DNA of 64,000 nt from contig NC_045696.1 in NCBI RefSeq assembly GCF_009834535.1, forward strand, positions 22,942,001 through 23,006,000, in the 5' to 3' direction. This document shows positions 1 to 14,054 of the stretch, piece after piece. Source of the stretch: Camelus ferus. Its lineage: Eukaryota. The position numbers and the translations under genes are program-made. Each line of letters opens with the position of its first letter. Within the stretch, counting starts at the first letter, position 1. Under the pieces are notes generated by a model that ran no database searches, was not told the origin of the DNA, and worked only from the letters and a program-made list of their open reading frames with translations.

Positions 1-1099
1 AGGAAAAAGTTTAACTTATTTTGTAAAGAAACTAGCTGTCTTTAGACTAATGTGAAAATATTTTTAATTCATTTAAGATGGATTGAGACTAGTAGGTTTA
101 ATAACATTGGACTTGTAGGTTATGTCATAGGTAGTTGTTCTCTTTTTAACTAGGAATACTATCTTTCCAGTTGCACATAGAAGAATTCCAGCATTTCAGG
201 ATAAATCACTTGAGAAAGACAGGGGTTTGCAATGAGACATGTTTTCATAAATAATGTTATAAAGAAATTTCTACCTCTTTCCAATCAACATATTTATTTA
301 GGCTGAAGGTTGAGATAAAAAGTCTCTATATTATGGTTTTGCATCATTAGTTATTGAATGCTTCAAAATTATTTACTTCATGAATATTACAAAGTCGGCT
401 AGTTTTTCTGCATTATCTATTCTCCTCTTTTACCTCTGGTTTTTAGCTGAATGAATGACTACCCAGAAAATGTCCGCATTTCCATGCACCTATTCCCCGA
501 AAGCTTTGTGTACCTGGTGACTAAGTTCTAAGGGTACAGTGGAAGGTACATACAGAAATTCCAAAAATTTTCTTTAAAAGGAAGTATAGTACCCTTATTT
601 TTCCCTACATATTCCTACTGTCTGAAAAACAACATGGTGTATCTTCAATGGTCATTTTGAGATTACTTGGGAAATGAAAATCAAAGAGAGAAACAGGATA
701 GAAGAAGCCTAGATTCCTGACTTCAGCATATTCAACTAGCTCTCCATAAAAATGGTTGTCAAAGCTATGTCATCACCTCTAAGATGTTCATTACCCGTTT
801 GACATCATACTCTGGGAGTCATATTCACACCATGAATCCAACCTGCATGATATCAGTGCTGTATTAACTGAAATAGAAGTCGGGGGGTATCTGATGCTGG
901 TTCGCAGGATTATCATGATTCTCATTCTTCTAGTGGCAAAAGGTGGAAAAATGTATTGTCATTTTCTACTCCTTTCTTCACTGCCACAATTTTTTATCCC
1001 TATGCAATCTACTAGGTCATGAAATTGTCTTATATTAAGAAATGTCATGATTTCTTACATTTAGCATCTCCTTTTCACACTTAAGTGTGAAAGTATTTC

Positions 1100-1492
1100 T
1101 AGTGGTTCTTAATTTTGGGATGGTTTTAGTCTCCATTCAGAATCTTTTTTTTTTAATTGCGGTTTTGTCAGTTTACAATGTTGTATCAATTTCTGTTGTA
1201 CAGCACAATGCTTCAGTCATACATGAGTATACATATATTCATTTTTTTATTCTTTTTCACCATAAACTACTACAAGATATTGAATATATTTCCCTGTGCT
1301 ATACAGTATAAACTTGTTTATTCTATTTTATATATATATCAGTCAGGGAAAGGATAAACTGGGAGTTTGAGATCTGCAGAATCTTATAAACACTATTGGA
1401 TCATTTTCCCCAGAAAAATGGATGTCCACCATTCAGTATATTTCACATAATCTCATGGGAACACGGTAGACTTCAGGTTAGGAACTCCCTGG
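1100..1492. mobile_element. Old hAT-Charlie-type non-autonomous DNA transposon interrupted by the L1 insertion
   Basis: Termini TAGTGGTTCTTAA... and ...CAGGTTAGGAACTCCCTG, with the internal CCCCAGAAAAATG motif continuing across the L1 insertion site. Confidence 0.5.
1147..1376 (-). mobile_element. Short 5'-truncated, 5'-inverted L1 3' end (camelid-type), with 9-bp TSD CAGAATCTT
   Basis: Poly(T) followed by reverse-oriented L1 3'UTR (1147-1340), then a forward-oriented L1 3'UTR piece AGTCAGGGAAAGGATAAACTGGGAGTTTGAGATCTG (1341-1376). Flanked by CAGAATCTT at 1138-1146 and 1377-1385. Confidence 0.8.
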
Positions 1493-1589
1493 TTTAGATC
1501 TCCTTTTTTGTTTCTTCTGTGTCTAGTTATCCCTGATTTTTCTCATTTCAACATTCTCTACCCAACTCTTCATCAATTGGAGTGTTAAT

Positions 1590-1740
1590 TGTCTCGGAGC
1601 TTTTATGAAATGCACATGCAGGGGCTCTACTTCCACCTGCTGAGTCAGAATGTGCAGGATGGGAAGAATGGTGTGTCTTCATAAGTTTTTCTAAGTAGTT
1701 CTGATATGTTCCCTGGGTAGAGGTCTTAAGTTACACTGAT
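1590..1740. mobile_element. MER5-like hAT DNA transposon remnant
   Basis: GGAGCTTTT..AAATGCA..CCTGCTGAGTCAGAAT..AGTTCTGAT pattern resembles MER5A. Confidence 0.45.
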
Positions 1741-2029
1741 TTTGGATTAATCTTGTATTTTCCAAAATAATGTTTAAAGGATTCCTAGTGCCTGCCACAC
1801 TATAACACTGCACAATTACTGGAAGAGCCTCTGTAAGCATTGCAGGGCATCCTTAAGCTGACCTCAGCTTACCCTTCAATAGCCATCTTATAAAAATGTA
1901 CCCAATCTTCCAATGAAATTGAATGCCAAACATAGCTCATCTTTCCTGCGTCTACACATTTGCACATGCTGCATATTTTTCCTGAAACCCAGTCATTACT
2001 TCTTCTAGAAGTCTTATGTATCCCAGACT

Positions 2030-2290
2030 GTCTAAATGCAACCTCCTCTAGGGAATTTTCTTTGATTCTCAATAACCAAAGTAAATACTTCCTCTTGAAT
2101 CTCAAAACATTGTGTTAATATATTCCTTCTGGATCTGTCACATTCTGACTTGATAACTTTTTTTTAGTTTTCCTTATTTTCTCATAGGAACATAAAATCT
2201 TGTGAAGAAGGAATTCTAACTTCATTTTGCATTTCACACATACTTATCATAGGCTCTTGTCCTGTAGATTATGAATGAATGAATGAATGG
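2030..2290 (+). mobile_element. L2 3' end remnant
   Basis: Degenerate L2 3' sequence ending in (TGAA)n. Confidence 0.5.
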
Positions 2291-4859
2291 TAGAAGGGTG
2301 GATAAAAAGATTTAAAGGCTGAGAGTCTCCTGTTTGCAATTGTCTATAACTCCACTTGTTCATAGGGGATTACAAAATAATGAATTTAGCACTCAAAGAA
2401 TATTCCTGTTTAGAAGTGAGATTTGGGACTAAACTGAACACTAATAAGGAAGATGATAAAGAGAAATCACTGACAAGCACTGTAATTTTTCCATACTTAA
2501 TAAAAGAGAGAGGTGATGCTCAAATTTTTGATTAATAATTGTGTTAGAAGATCTAAGGTTTCATTGAGTTTAGATCAATCTTGTTGAGGGAGAGAGCAAA
2601 AATACTAAGGAAGTACTTTCTTCCCCTTTGTGGTTAAAAAAAAAAATTGCAGTGTTCTCCTAAAGGTGGAAGACATAACAGAGTAGTTAATTTTTTAAAC
2701 CATTCAATGCCAACCTCCTAAAAGGGCTATGAAGAATTTCTTTTCACACCAGTTAAATGTTGCCTTTTTTTCTATGCTGCTTGGGTTGAATGGTCAAAAA
2801 GACCAAGGCGGAATATAATGCCTGATCCACATAATACAATTAAATGCATGCTATTCCTTACTGACTCTATAATCCTTAAACCTACCTTTTTATGTGCAAG
2901 AATATGAAAGTACAAATACTTTTCAGAGGATTCTAGGCTTGAGACCTGCTTGACTGTAGTTCAAAATCACTCCATAAATGACATTGTATGTTATTAGATA
3001 ACCAAACGTTAATCTGCATATGTGTGTACACAGCTTGTATTTTTAAATTACAGAATATTTTCCAAAAATTCTGAAAAAATAATGGCAGTTGCTGCTACTG
3101 CCACATTTTAAAGCTATCAATACATCATGGTTAAAATAAAATCTGGCATATTGGTAACTTTTTTCTTACATAAAATTTAAAAAATCAAGTTTTGCATCTC
3201 GGGATTGAAGAAGGAAGTAAGAATATGGTTTTACAGCTAAAAGATGAGATGATGTAACAACTAAAATCATCCTCTAATGATTATGAAAATCCCAAATAAG
3301 TCTCAAGAGGAGACAAGAAGAAAAGGCTTGGAGAGTAGTAACCCAAGATTTGTGAAATAAAATTGATTTCCATTCAAATCAGATCTTTTACTCTTCTTGA
3401 AAATGTCAAGGTGTCAGCCTTGGCCATTACAAGACTGATTTATAGTTGGGACAAAGTGATGGTACCAGCTGACTGTCTGGAGCCACGGTACAGTGTCGAA
3501 AGACTGCCGATGACAGCTGTCCTTTTCTTAACCAATCAGCAAAGCTTAACTAAAACCCTAGTCTTTTTTTTTTCAATCTTGATAAGGAAAAAGATAAAAT
3601 ACAAATCTGGAAGATTTTCTTTGTGGGAAATAAACAAGCATGGTGGGAGGAAGTAGATATCATACTTCCACAGAATAATAATAGACATTATTTATGGCAA
3701 TCTATATTTCAGACGTTTAGAAACACATATTCATAAAACGAGCATAAACAGATGTTCCAAATCTGACAACTTATTCTAATATACTGGAAACCACAGCATA
3801 ATTTTGTAATTTGATTAATTAGGAAGAAGAATTGAGAATGTTAAAATCAATTTTCAAACTTTCTAAATTATATTTATAGCATTGCTCATCTGCATCACAA
3901 AAATACTGCAAAATGATTTGCATAAGAATCATTATTCATAACAAATTCATCTTTTTCTCATTGAAGAAGAGCCCTATGTAGTAGTTCTTGGTATTAAAAT
4001 GTTTAAAATTGCCCAGGTCATACCATGAATAAACAATAGGGCTGAAAAGGATAAAGATCTAACATTCTAATCATATAGAATCATATAATGGTTATACATA
4101 TATAAAGATGTAATTACATATATGTGTATATTATATATATACAACTATACAAATACAATTATATCTATATATAATTATAGCCACTATATTGACTTTATAT
4201 GATTAGAATGTATATTTTTAACCATAAAGATAGTAGAAGGGGGAGAAATAAATTTATGAGCCAAAATAAAATATTCTCAAGAATCAACAACATAAAGCTC
4301 CCTAATATTAGAGGTAAAAGTGGACAGGATATACAATTTGCTGTAACAGAATGGCTTAAACATATGCTGGCTGAGGATAGACATTAGACTACAGAATATA
4401 TTGCCACTCTTTTTTTTTTTTTAACCGAACTCCCATTTCTAATAATCCTAAATAATTAAAAAAAGGGCAGATTCCTAAATGAGTCCAAATATTGACTTTC
4501 CTGATGTATGTATGCCATTTATTAAATGATCATGCGAAGTGTTAATAAAATGTAATTAACCACCATGATACTCAAGGTTGAGAACTGCAGTTACAATGCT
4601 ATACAGAACACATTTGGGCCAAAAACTTAATATCGCCTATATGTGGATAGGGCCCACTAAGTTTACCAAGACAAACGTATTTGACAGAAGCCTATAACAT
4701 ATCATAATGCTAAGCAGTTTAGAAATATGTTGTGGTTGTTGGGAGCCCTGTTACATTTTTGCTTGCTTTGAATTTCTTTCACCTTCTGCCATTGACATTA
4801 ACCTTACTAGGTTAATCTTGTAAGCCTCTCCCTACAAAGGCTGTCCAATTGAGTAACTC

Positions 4860-5280
4860 TCAAATGCAGAGAGAGGTGGCTCCAAAACAGAGCCAATTGG
4901 AGCCTTTCAGAGAAATGAAAGTGATGTAGGGATAGAGAGAAAGAAACCTTTTTTTTTTACCTCCCCATTCTGGAATCATAAGCTCTAGGAATGATGCATG
5001 ATGCAGGCTGAGAGTTCCCAACGGCCATCTTTGCTATCACATAGAGAGATGTGAGAATGAGGCCAACTGCCTGAGAATGAAGTTAACACACTGGAGATAA
5101 AAAGAGAAACAGAGAAAGAGAGAGAGAGAGAGAGAGAACCAGCTAGGGGAGGAGAGGAGAAGCAAGAGAAGAAGAGGAAGAGGAGGAAGAGGGGGGAGGA
5201 GGAAGAGATGATGATGATGGACACACAGTTTCCTTTTTCATTTAAACTAGTTTCACTACTGAAAGAGTCTGATTAATGTA
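4860..5280 (+). mobile_element. MLT1-type (ERVL-MaLR) LTR remnant containing a GA-rich simple repeat
   Basis: GGCCATCTTTGCTATCACAT..CTGCCTGAGAATGAAGTTAACAC..GAAAGAGTCTGATTAATGTA resemble MLT1 motifs. (GA)n/(GAGGAA)n at about 5100-5220. Confidence 0.55.
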
Positions 5281-8200
5281 ATGATCTAAGTTAATGCTAT
5301 TCTTTCCTACTCTTTGACCCAAAAAGTCCTCATCCAACTATCTAATGATATACATTTTTAAATCACTTTAAAATTATCTTCCTCCACATTTAAAATTTTT
5401 AAATCAATTGCAAATTAAAAAATTGAAAAGGAGAGAGGTTCAGTTCCATAAGACAGCAGTGGTAGAAGTAGTATTAGAATTCTGGTCTTCTATTTCTGCT
5501 TCACTGTTCAAGTTCAAAGGTGGCCATTCATGATGCAAATGTCTAAAAATCCAAGTTTATTCTGCATATTTTGTTAACTCCCAGAGAGTAGCCCGATTAG
5601 AATGTTTGGATCCTTTGACTAATCAATATAATTGCTGCTTTACAAACCTTTGCATGATTAATATCATTATATTCAATTCAACTTATTTTTTAAAGAAATT
5701 AAATGATGGCTTTTTTTTTAGATGGACTGAAATCATACATAAATACTACATTTTGGTCCAATTATTCTGGACATATCATTTCTATAAACCACAATTATTA
5801 CCATTTTCATGGTCTACCAATGACTCTTAATCACCAGATCTTTTCCTGGTATAGGGAATAATCTGACCAGAATCTAGGCAGTGAAAAATCTTAACACTAC
5901 CCCATATCTTGTCCAAAGCAACTCAAAAGTATATAGATGTCTTATAAACAACTAGAAAATAGGACAAAGCACATAAAATGCTCATCTATAAAGTATAAAA
6001 AGGAATAAAACTTCTTTTTAGGATTTATGAAATGCTAAGGCAGACAAAAAGGACAAAAAGTGTTAGGTGAAAGATATCTTTTGTATACCATAGGCTATTT
6101 AAGAGCAGAATTCCTCTTTCTCTCCTATAGCTGGCACTCAGGAAACCTTTGATAAACATATTTATAGTAAGAGATTTGTGAGTGCCCTGAAGCTGAAATG
6201 ATTTCCTAATGGTGTCTGCATCTCACTCTTTGGGAGCGTGTATACCCAGTAAATTTGGGTGATGAAAAGACAGTCTCTTTAGCAAAGGCAAATGAATACT
6301 AAAACCCACACAGGAAGAAAGAAGCTCATATTCATTGAGTGCTTTCTTGGTGCTAGAGACTGAGCTAAGGCATTTACTTGGATTATTTCATTCATCAATC
6401 ATGAGGTCCACTGAAGTCCTTGATATTAAAATGTCATTAAAACTTGCGTGGAAATCAGTTCAGTTATTTGGTAGATTATGGCTCAGGCTGCATCTATATG
6501 TACCGAGGGAAACAACTACTTTTTACCATTAAGTATTAAATATCTATAACTATAACTAATATTCACATATATGACATTTCATTTCAAACTCAAATTTTGT
6601 TAAATGGTCACATCTTAATGGGCCATAGTGGTCCCATGTGTTGATGCAGGCTTAATTCATTGAATTCTTTTTTTTTTCAATGCTGAATATACATTTATGA
6701 ATGAATGGATTAATTAATGAATTAACAACTTACTTTGAGTTGATAAGTTGTATTTATGAATTGATGAATTTCACATGGGTTTCTTTCTCAAGCAGAATCT
6801 TTCCTCAATGGCAACCAAGATGTGTCACTAGTGAGACCAAGTTTCCATCCTCTTTATGATTTGTAATCCCTGAGACACAGAATGACAATCTTTTTCTAAT
6901 ATCTATGTTAATTCTACAAGAAGAATTTAGGAAAAAGTCTGCTAGAAATTTCACCCCTGAGTCAAGGCCATAATGGTCTTTAAATTAACTCTAAAAGCAG
7001 TTCTTTATCTCAACATTCAGACCAGTAAAACATATATTCTTACAGATGTCATTGCTCCCTATGGATTTACATGTCTTATAGAGTAAGCGTAAAGAGCATC
7101 TTCTAAAGTCAGTAAGAGATAAAGTAGGGGTCATTTTTTTTTTAATCTCTCAAATTTAGCAACACGTAGTCCAATTATTTATCAGCAATTTGCTCTTTCA
7201 GAATTACTTCATTATATTTATTTAAAATATTATAAATCACAGAATTGAATGGGTGGAAATGAACTTGAAAGATGATGCAAGTTGAGTCTCTTTCTTCCAA
7301 AGTAGGAAGAACACTTCCATTATGATACTGCTGGAAAAAAAACACATCATCTCTTTGTCTCATGCACATACTTTGGTGATTTTCGTCAGTGTACTCAGTG
7401 GACTTCACTAGAGCCCACTCTATGGAAAGAAAACGCATTTTCTTTAAACAGAAGATACTGTTCCTTTGAGATCCTGTTAATCACATTTCCTTTCTAATTG
7501 AATAAGTCACCACAGAAATTAGAGTACGAATTTCATTATTCTAGAAAGAATCTTAAAAGTTGACATGTCTTTGAACATTTGTTTCAGAAATCCTTTTTTA
7601 AGTGCATTTTCATTTTCTGGCATGGCTTGAATTGAATTCTAAACTTTCTGCTGCTTGTCCTCTAAGCCCCTCTGGTGAATTTAAATAGGCTTCCCTATAT
7701 ATTTAGTACATTCAGGAATTCTTTGTCACAGTGCCTCCTCTGCTTTATTATTAGAAGGCTGTCTCGGAAGTCCAGCAGCCAGTTTGTTTTCTGCCATTAA
7801 TAAAGAGTCTACTTTTTTTCCCCACTTCTTTGAAGAAGTTGAAAAGGCTCCATGTTGGGTGGAGGGGGGCCAGGAAGAGAGAGAAGTGAAGGGAACCGAC
7901 TGTGGTGTAATCCTCCAACAAAAAATGTTGTCTAATGTAGAAACCTCCCCAAGGTTTACAAACGCACAGGCAGGGTTTTTGGAGTGATGTATAACACAGT
8001 AATAACTGAGCCACAGACTGGTTCCCCCCTCATCACTAAGAATAGGAAGTCCACTATGAGAAAGACGTTACAGTTTTAAATCCTACAATCCCTCTGTTGG
8101 CTAGCTTTCAACGTCACCCAAATCTCTTTGTGAAGATCTTTGAAAACTGGAAAGACCTAACAATGTACATTTAATGTCTCACAATTCATTTAAACATCTG

Positions 8201-10477
8201 GAAAAAATACATAGAAGACTTTCAAAAAAGACCTACCAATCTGGATGTATAAAATATTGATGTTGACTCATGGCCTAGGGAAAGCTAATTCAAAGGCAAG
8301 AAAGATGACTCCACAGAATAGTCATTTGGTGTTCACAAATCGTCAGACACCTACCAACAGAGAGGAAGAAACTTCTTAGAAAGGAGGAATGGTTAAATCT
8401 ACCTACGCAGAAGAATCCAAAACACCCCAGAAAACTTAAAAGGCCGAAAGGCCAAGATGAAACTTGGAGGTTACTATTTTTATTTAGTTGACCTAACAGA
8501 TACAGTTCATGATTATTTTAATACTAGTTTTGTTTGTTTAGTAGTTAATTAAGGGAACACACTTAAAATCACATTACTTACACTAACAATGAAAAATATA
8601 TTTCACTATATGAAAATTTTTCACTTTTAAATTCTCCATCAAATATGCATGGAATTAGCTGATTGATTATATAAAACTATTTAATTTAAATTCACCTAAT
8701 CTCAATTACCTTTATGTTCCACCTGCTTTCAAACTTCCACAAGTAAAACAATACATACAAGTTAATATTATTGGTTAGCAATGTACTCCAACTGCTAAAA
8801 CTAGGGAAAAAGCAACATTCAATGAAAATCAAAGGTAGCTCATTGAAAAAGATGTTGTGGATAATTTTACAACAAAGTCTCAATTTTCATACTATTTTTA
8901 GCAAGAGTTAAAAAAAATAAGATATATACAGAATATATATAAAATTTTATATTAGCCTATACCTAAGTCTTTATTAATTTATACACAGTAATGTGTATTA
9001 GTGTGTATATATTCATGTATATATATTATGTGTATTAATATACACATGCATATAATGCCTCAGTGTGTAGTTGGTTCCTGATAGATTACAAAAACTAAGT
9101 ACAAAGATAGAAATGACAGATAATAATAGCACCTAAATTTCTACATACTAAGTATGTATTTACAGAGCCACACTAAAAAGTCTATTTTTCAAATGCTTAC
9201 AAATGTGCAGGATTTTTGAAAACTTCTCTACATTAGGAACTTTGTTTTCCTTTTCCAAATACAGTCACTAAAAGGTCAGTGGGATTTGAGTGCTAAGTTA
9301 AATGTCTAGTAAGAAATTAAACAAAAGAATCCAAGTAATCAAAATGATGCCTGCATTTGTTGCCTACCGAAATGTAGGCTGCACTGCGTGCGTAAATGGC
9401 AAGAAAATTTGGGTGTTAGCTAACCCTTTATGTACTGCTTTTCTCGAAACTCATCCAAACGTGACAGCTTGTAAAACCATTTACATATTTATCAGGTGAA
9501 TTAGACCAAGCCTAGGGACATGTACCAACATGTTTATTTAAATTTAAGGAATTTAAGGTGGTATATACCTTTTCTAATTTCATTAGAAATTAACTTGTAC
9601 TGTAATTCCCCTGAGATACCTTTACCTCTTTCTAGACATTATTAATGTGACCTAATGCTTGAATGACAAGAATATCTCTACACCTCTTCTGCGGCATCCC
9701 TGAACACTGAAGTGTTAAGGACTTTTATACTCAGAAAGCTATTGACCCCGTGAACCCTGAAATGAAATATAATCATATTTAGATCTGGCAAAATTCCAGA
9801 AGTGGCTTCCTTGATGGATCCTAAAAGGCTTTAAAAAATGCCATTTTGAAAAATTGCTGTTTTCCTTATAGATTAAAAGTTAAAAGCATGAGTATCACAA
9901 TATTAACAGAGCAATAGAAAAGAGACAAAAGAAAAACTAATACTTCATTGGTATTTGATAGATGTCTAAGGTGAGTGATGATATTGAAAGAAAGCACGTG
10001 AAGTTCACAGTAAATTAGCAAACAATATGAGAAATAAAAAGAATCAAGCAAGGATTAGTATATTTATGTAAAACAGTGATTCACTATTTCAAAATTAAAA
10101 TGTAAAAATAATCTGGTGTCAGAGAGGAGGTGACTCTTCATTTCCACCGCACTGAGCAAGCTCACATCGGCAGCAGACAGCCCTTAATATATGCGTCTGG
10201 CTCAGGCTGGTCTCCCAACCAGGAAGCCATCGAATTGTTAATATCACTCCTTTTTTTGTATGCAACACACATCATTTTCTCGCTCTTTGTTGTAGATCTC
10301 TTCTTTTATTTTAAGCCTGGTATGATCTGATTTTCCAAATCATATTATACAGCCCACAAACAATATTATCCTGTGACTACTCCAAGACAGAAATGCAGAA
10401 AAAGTGGCATCCATCTACCCATATACAGCATAAAGTAATTTATATAAACAAAGTTATTCACTTATATCTCTACTCAC

Positions 10478-10656
10478 CTTTATGGGGTAAGAGAAAAGCT
10501 TTATGAAGCTTTCAGAAAAGATAGTTCATATATCAGAAGGTTACACAGAGAGGGTTCAGAGAGTGCATGACGATTAGTAAAATATATATACTTTATATAT
10601 GTTTATGAGGAAAATAAACATCATTGCATTTTCAATTTAGCTTTGGTATCTTCTGC
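10478..10656 (-). other. Candidate 179-nt host-gene exon downstream of miR-125b-2
   Basis: Acceptor CTTCTGTTTCACAG|G at 10657/10656 and consensus donor AAG|GTGAGT at 10478/10477. Confidence 0.35.
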
Positions 10657-12459
10657 CTGTGAAACAGAAGTTCATATATAGTGTGGTTCATAAATATGAT
10701 AACATAAAAAAAATCTTGCCTTTGAAATAGTTTATATTTGATATCACTAGAGCCAATTAACATCTATCCCTTAAATTATTTTGGAACTAAACTGATGGAA
10801 CATCTTATACATATTACTTATGATTATGTTAAAACAGGTGTCTATAAACACAGACCAGTACGTGGTATTATTTTATATAGGAGGTAGTTTCTGATCCATT
10901 GTGTAAACACTGTTATTAAATATAACCAAGTTTCTGTGTACTTGCAGATACATGTACATAGAGTTCTTTGTATTGAGAAACTTATGCTTTTAAAAATGTT
11001 TAATTACAATGAGAATAAGGTTGAAAGAAGTAAAAAATGCTACCAAAAACTTAACTGTTTATATTATCTCCGTTCATCTGGAGTTTCAAAACATCTGTTT
11101 ATACATACACACATACACACACTTACGACTTCAGAGATTTTAGATAAATGACATAGGTGAAATAAATGAAGAATCTGAATAGGTGCAGTGTGGACACATG
11201 CTTAAACACATTTTCTGTGACTTCATAGATGAGGAACATGTTTATGATATTGTAATATAAGTTTTTTAGGAAATATACAACTCATAGGTGATTTGTATTC
11301 TGTGATATTTCAAATCATAAGTAATTCTAACAAATCCAATAAAAAAGGTGAACAAAGACTCCACTAGAGTATTCTAAAATACATTCAGAAATTTATTTTT
11401 AAAATGCGAAGATATATATAATTTATAGTACCTGTGCAAGGCAACAAAGTTTAAAGAATGAAATCATTGTGTGCTTCTATTATAGAAAGTCTCTCGTCTC
11501 CATTTTGAATTTCAATCTGAAACATTACTGCAAAATTTTAAAATAGACTGTATAATTCTGTTTTCAACAATGCATATTAGATATAGCAATGGCTAATAAT
11601 GTTCAAATATGACATGTTAGTCATAGTTGGAATATTTACCTTATATAAAACTAAAATATTCATAAAACTCAAACTCCACAGTTCAGATGCAGTTGATGGA
11701 TGAACTGGAGCAGTCTGACTTCATACATGGTGTTTACTAATTTATCTCACATAAGCGTCCATGATATATATCAAGTAAAATGTAAAAATTAAAAGGTATC
11801 ATATTTCTGCTAATTATGGTAACTCTTGAACTCTTATAGCAAGATAACGTCTTATCATAATGAGACATATAAAGGATTTCGTCTGGTTAAAAAGACCAAA
11901 GAAAACTCTGGCAATAAATACCAAGTATAAAACAGCATTATTCTTAAATCAGTAGTAAAATCTAATAGGGTCACATAAAGAAGATGCAAATCATTTTATT
12001 TCTAGGCCTCAAGCATGATTATAGCTAAACATTACATACTCTGAACCACAGTTATGTGAGAACATACAGGATTTATTTAAGTAGCTAATGTTTCGATGCA
12101 TATGAAAAAAGTTATAAATATAAACCACTCTCTTCCTTATTAATTAAGGAGTTATTCTCTTAAAATACACCAAAAGAAGCATTTTAAACATCAGTTGTAT
12201 TTTAATTGTGCTTCCTACACAGATATCTTATATTGCTTTTATATGGTTGCTAAAATATAATACAAATGCTATTTCAGTGCAACTCTGTAATCACTTTAGA
12301 GCACAGTTTCTGAAAATGGTATTTTGGGGGGGTGGGTCATGGTGAAAACACTGCTGATTGTAAAGAAGAGCATTGTTCTTTTCTCCTAGGCAGAATCTAT
12401 GTGTGTTCTTTTGTTCTGATGGTAACTGCAGACAATCAATAAGGTCCAAAGCCGCTGGT

Positions 12460-12548
12460 TCCCCTCCGCCTAGGTCCCAAGAGCCTGACTTGTGATGTTA
12501 CTAAAATACCTCACAAGTTAGGGTCTCAGGGACTAGGAAAAGTCTGGT
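12460..12548 (-). ncRNA. MIR125B2: pre-miR-125b-2 hairpin; mature 5p UCCCUGAGACCCUAACUUGUGA at 12511-12532, 3p UCACAAGUCAGGCUCUUGGGAC at 12474-12495
   Basis: Reverse complement reads ACCAGACUUUUCCUAGUCCCUGAGACCCUAACUUGUGAGGUAUUUUAGUAACAUCACAAGUCAGGCUCUUGGGACCUAGGCGGAGGGGA (89 nt). The loop and 3p arm identify the -2 paralogue rather than miR-125b-1. Confidence 0.99.
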
Positions 12549-13046
12549 TTGATGCGGTAGAATTCTTCTTCCAGTAATAAGGCTAATTTAGAAATTACAG
12601 TTGGGTTCAGTTAACTTTTCCCTCTAAGTACTGATTAAAATACATACGTAGAAATATATATGGTATAGAAAAGTTAGGATGAACTGAATATTCACGACAA
12701 CCACTTATAGACTAATTTCAGACCTTAAAATAATGAAGAATATCAGAAACAATGCAGATAATGAACAGTTAAGAGTCATTCCATTAGATCCAAGACAGAG
12801 ACCAAAAATGGGTTAAAATCTGTTTCGACCAGATTTGTACAGCAACGCCATAGCTTCTATTACATTAAAGAAGGATTATATGCCACTTAATGGGACCCTA
12901 ATTGAAATTTTGCTTCCCATTACAGGTCTACACAGCACAAGTTTTAAGGTGGGCCCAGGACATAAAACACTTTAAATCTAATTTAAATATATACTGTTGC
13001 AGTTAAGAGTAAAACAAAAACTTTTTTGCATGTCATAATTTAATAC

Positions 13047-13428
13047 CTCTGAAGCTTGCTATTTCTCTTTGAATCTCCAAACTATTCAGACAGCCACTAT
13101 TTCCATGCATACTCTAGCTATTTGAGCAATGCCACTTCATAAACACGTAACTTAAAACGCTGGCAACATGATAAGAGAAAAAAAAGATTCTATTTTTAAA
13201 TAATTGCATTATAAAGCTCTATACTTTTGAAAATACACAATCCCAATCCTGTATAGTCACTGAATTTCCTCCGATCTTTTAGCCTTGTTTGTGGTTCGAG
13301 AATTTGTACTTTAGGAATGATCCAAGGTTTAGTAAGTAGCACAGAACGCAGGGTAAAACAATCGGACCAGCCATAACATAAAAGTCCTGGCCACAGAAGT
13401 GGAATCTGGTTCTTCTGAAGTGGTTGAT
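13047..13428 (-). other. Candidate host-gene exon (acceptor well supported, donor uncertain)
   Basis: About 70 nt of AG-free polypyrimidine tract (13431-13500) with a CTAAT branch-like motif, ending TTTTAAG|ATCAAC. Possible donor GAG|GTATTA at 13047/13046. Confidence 0.4.
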
Positions 13429-14054
13429 CTTAAAAGGGAAAAGAGGAGGAAGAAAAAAAAAATCAAAACAAAACAAAAACAAAAACGGAAAGAATTAGAA
13501 TGTTTTCCTGTAGAACAGGTGAATCATCCATTTCCAAGTAAGCTGCAAGGAAAGCTCTACTGAACAAAATATTTGCTAACTGGCCCCCCTCCTCCACCCT
13601 AGTACCACACCCCTTTCCAACCACAACCCCCCACCCTCTGTCCAGATCTTTACTTCCCCTTGTAAGACTTTAAATATTCTGCTCCATGATGCAATGCATC
13701 ATTATATAAGATCTCTTTCTATTTATCGTTTGATTTCCCATACTGAATCAGTTATGGCTTAAAATAGTAAATAGTTTTTAAAAAATAAAACAAAAAAGCA
13801 GCACTCACAAAAAAGCAAAAAAATAAAACAGTCCTTAGATATAAAGTCCATGCTTTTCCCTAAAACTGAATATGGCTTTACAATTTTTGACCATAGCATT
13901 CAACCAATTATTAGAATGAAAAATCTCACCCCTCCATAAATATGACATTAACATAATTATACCACCCCCAGCACGGAGACCCATCCTCCTTAGGGAATAC
14001 ATCTGATGCTCCAAAGATGGAAATCAGTCAGATTTTAGTTGCTCTCCAACGTAC

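Noticed and set aside
1087..1357. Hydrophobic 74-aa and 66-aa ORFs
   Set aside because: Antisense reading of an L1 3'UTR.
13583..13640. G-rich sense-strand tract as a G-quadruplex
   Set aside because: The G-runs are separated by long irregular loops, so it cannot be supported without scoring.
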